Positions 58,881 to 58,896 of a DNA stretch of 58,896 nt are shown here, piece after piece. Made by a program: the position numbers and the translations under genes. The notes below the pieces were generated by a model, which made no database searches, was not told where the DNA came from, and saw only the letters and a list, made by a program, of their open reading frames with translations. Where the stretch lies: contig SUWI01000003.1 of the NCBI GenBank assembly GCA_015061565.1, positions 1 to 58,896 of the forward strand, given 5' to 3'. This stretch comes from Lentisphaerota bacterium. GTDB taxonomy: Bacteria; Verrucomicrobiota; Lentisphaeria; Victivallales; UBA1829. Position 1 is the first letter of the stretch; each line of letters starts with the position of its first letter.

Positions 58881-58896
58881 TCTCTGGAAAGGACAG

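Larger units (their letters stand above)
46729..58896. mobile_element. tRNA-Leu-integrated element (satellite/IME-like genomic island); right end outside the window
   Basis: Integrase directly after the tRNA, then excisionase-like, D5 helicase and YagK-like genes. No capsid, terminase or T4SS genes are visible. Confidence 0.85.

Overview
The backbone is GC-rich and looks like a PVC-superphylum bacterium. The AraC plus prepilin-type/H-X9-DG plus secreted glycan-enzyme modules suggest a Lentisphaeria/Victivallales-like organism (inference only). All family calls come from motif recognition by eye; no searches were run. In order, the window holds: (1) an Lrp-regulated ornithine/alanine-racemase gene fused to a degenerate arginase domain, plus an EamA transporter; (2) an AraC/pilin-like/DUF4838 module; (3) a tightly coupled 9-gene, ~13 kb minus-strand operon; (4) a frameshifted DUF488-like gene; (5) two acetolactate decarboxylase paralogs around a complete 2,075-bp IS with inverted repeats and a target-site duplication; (6) a GH4 gene and a second AraC/pilin-like/CAZyme cluster; (7) comM and a ROK kinase; (8) a tRNA-Leu(CAA)-integrated element running off the right edge. 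The 9-gene operon is the best candidate for an undescribed system. It joins a TRAFAC-type GTPase and a GAP1-N2-like protein to a MotA/TolQ/ExbB channel, two ExbD/MotB-like partners, two GYF domains and a membrane-anchored VWA protein. The integrated element carries an integrase, an excisionase-like gene, a D5 helicase, a MoxR/VWA pair and an apparently active plus dead pair of YagK/Inovirus-Gp2 HUH proteins.
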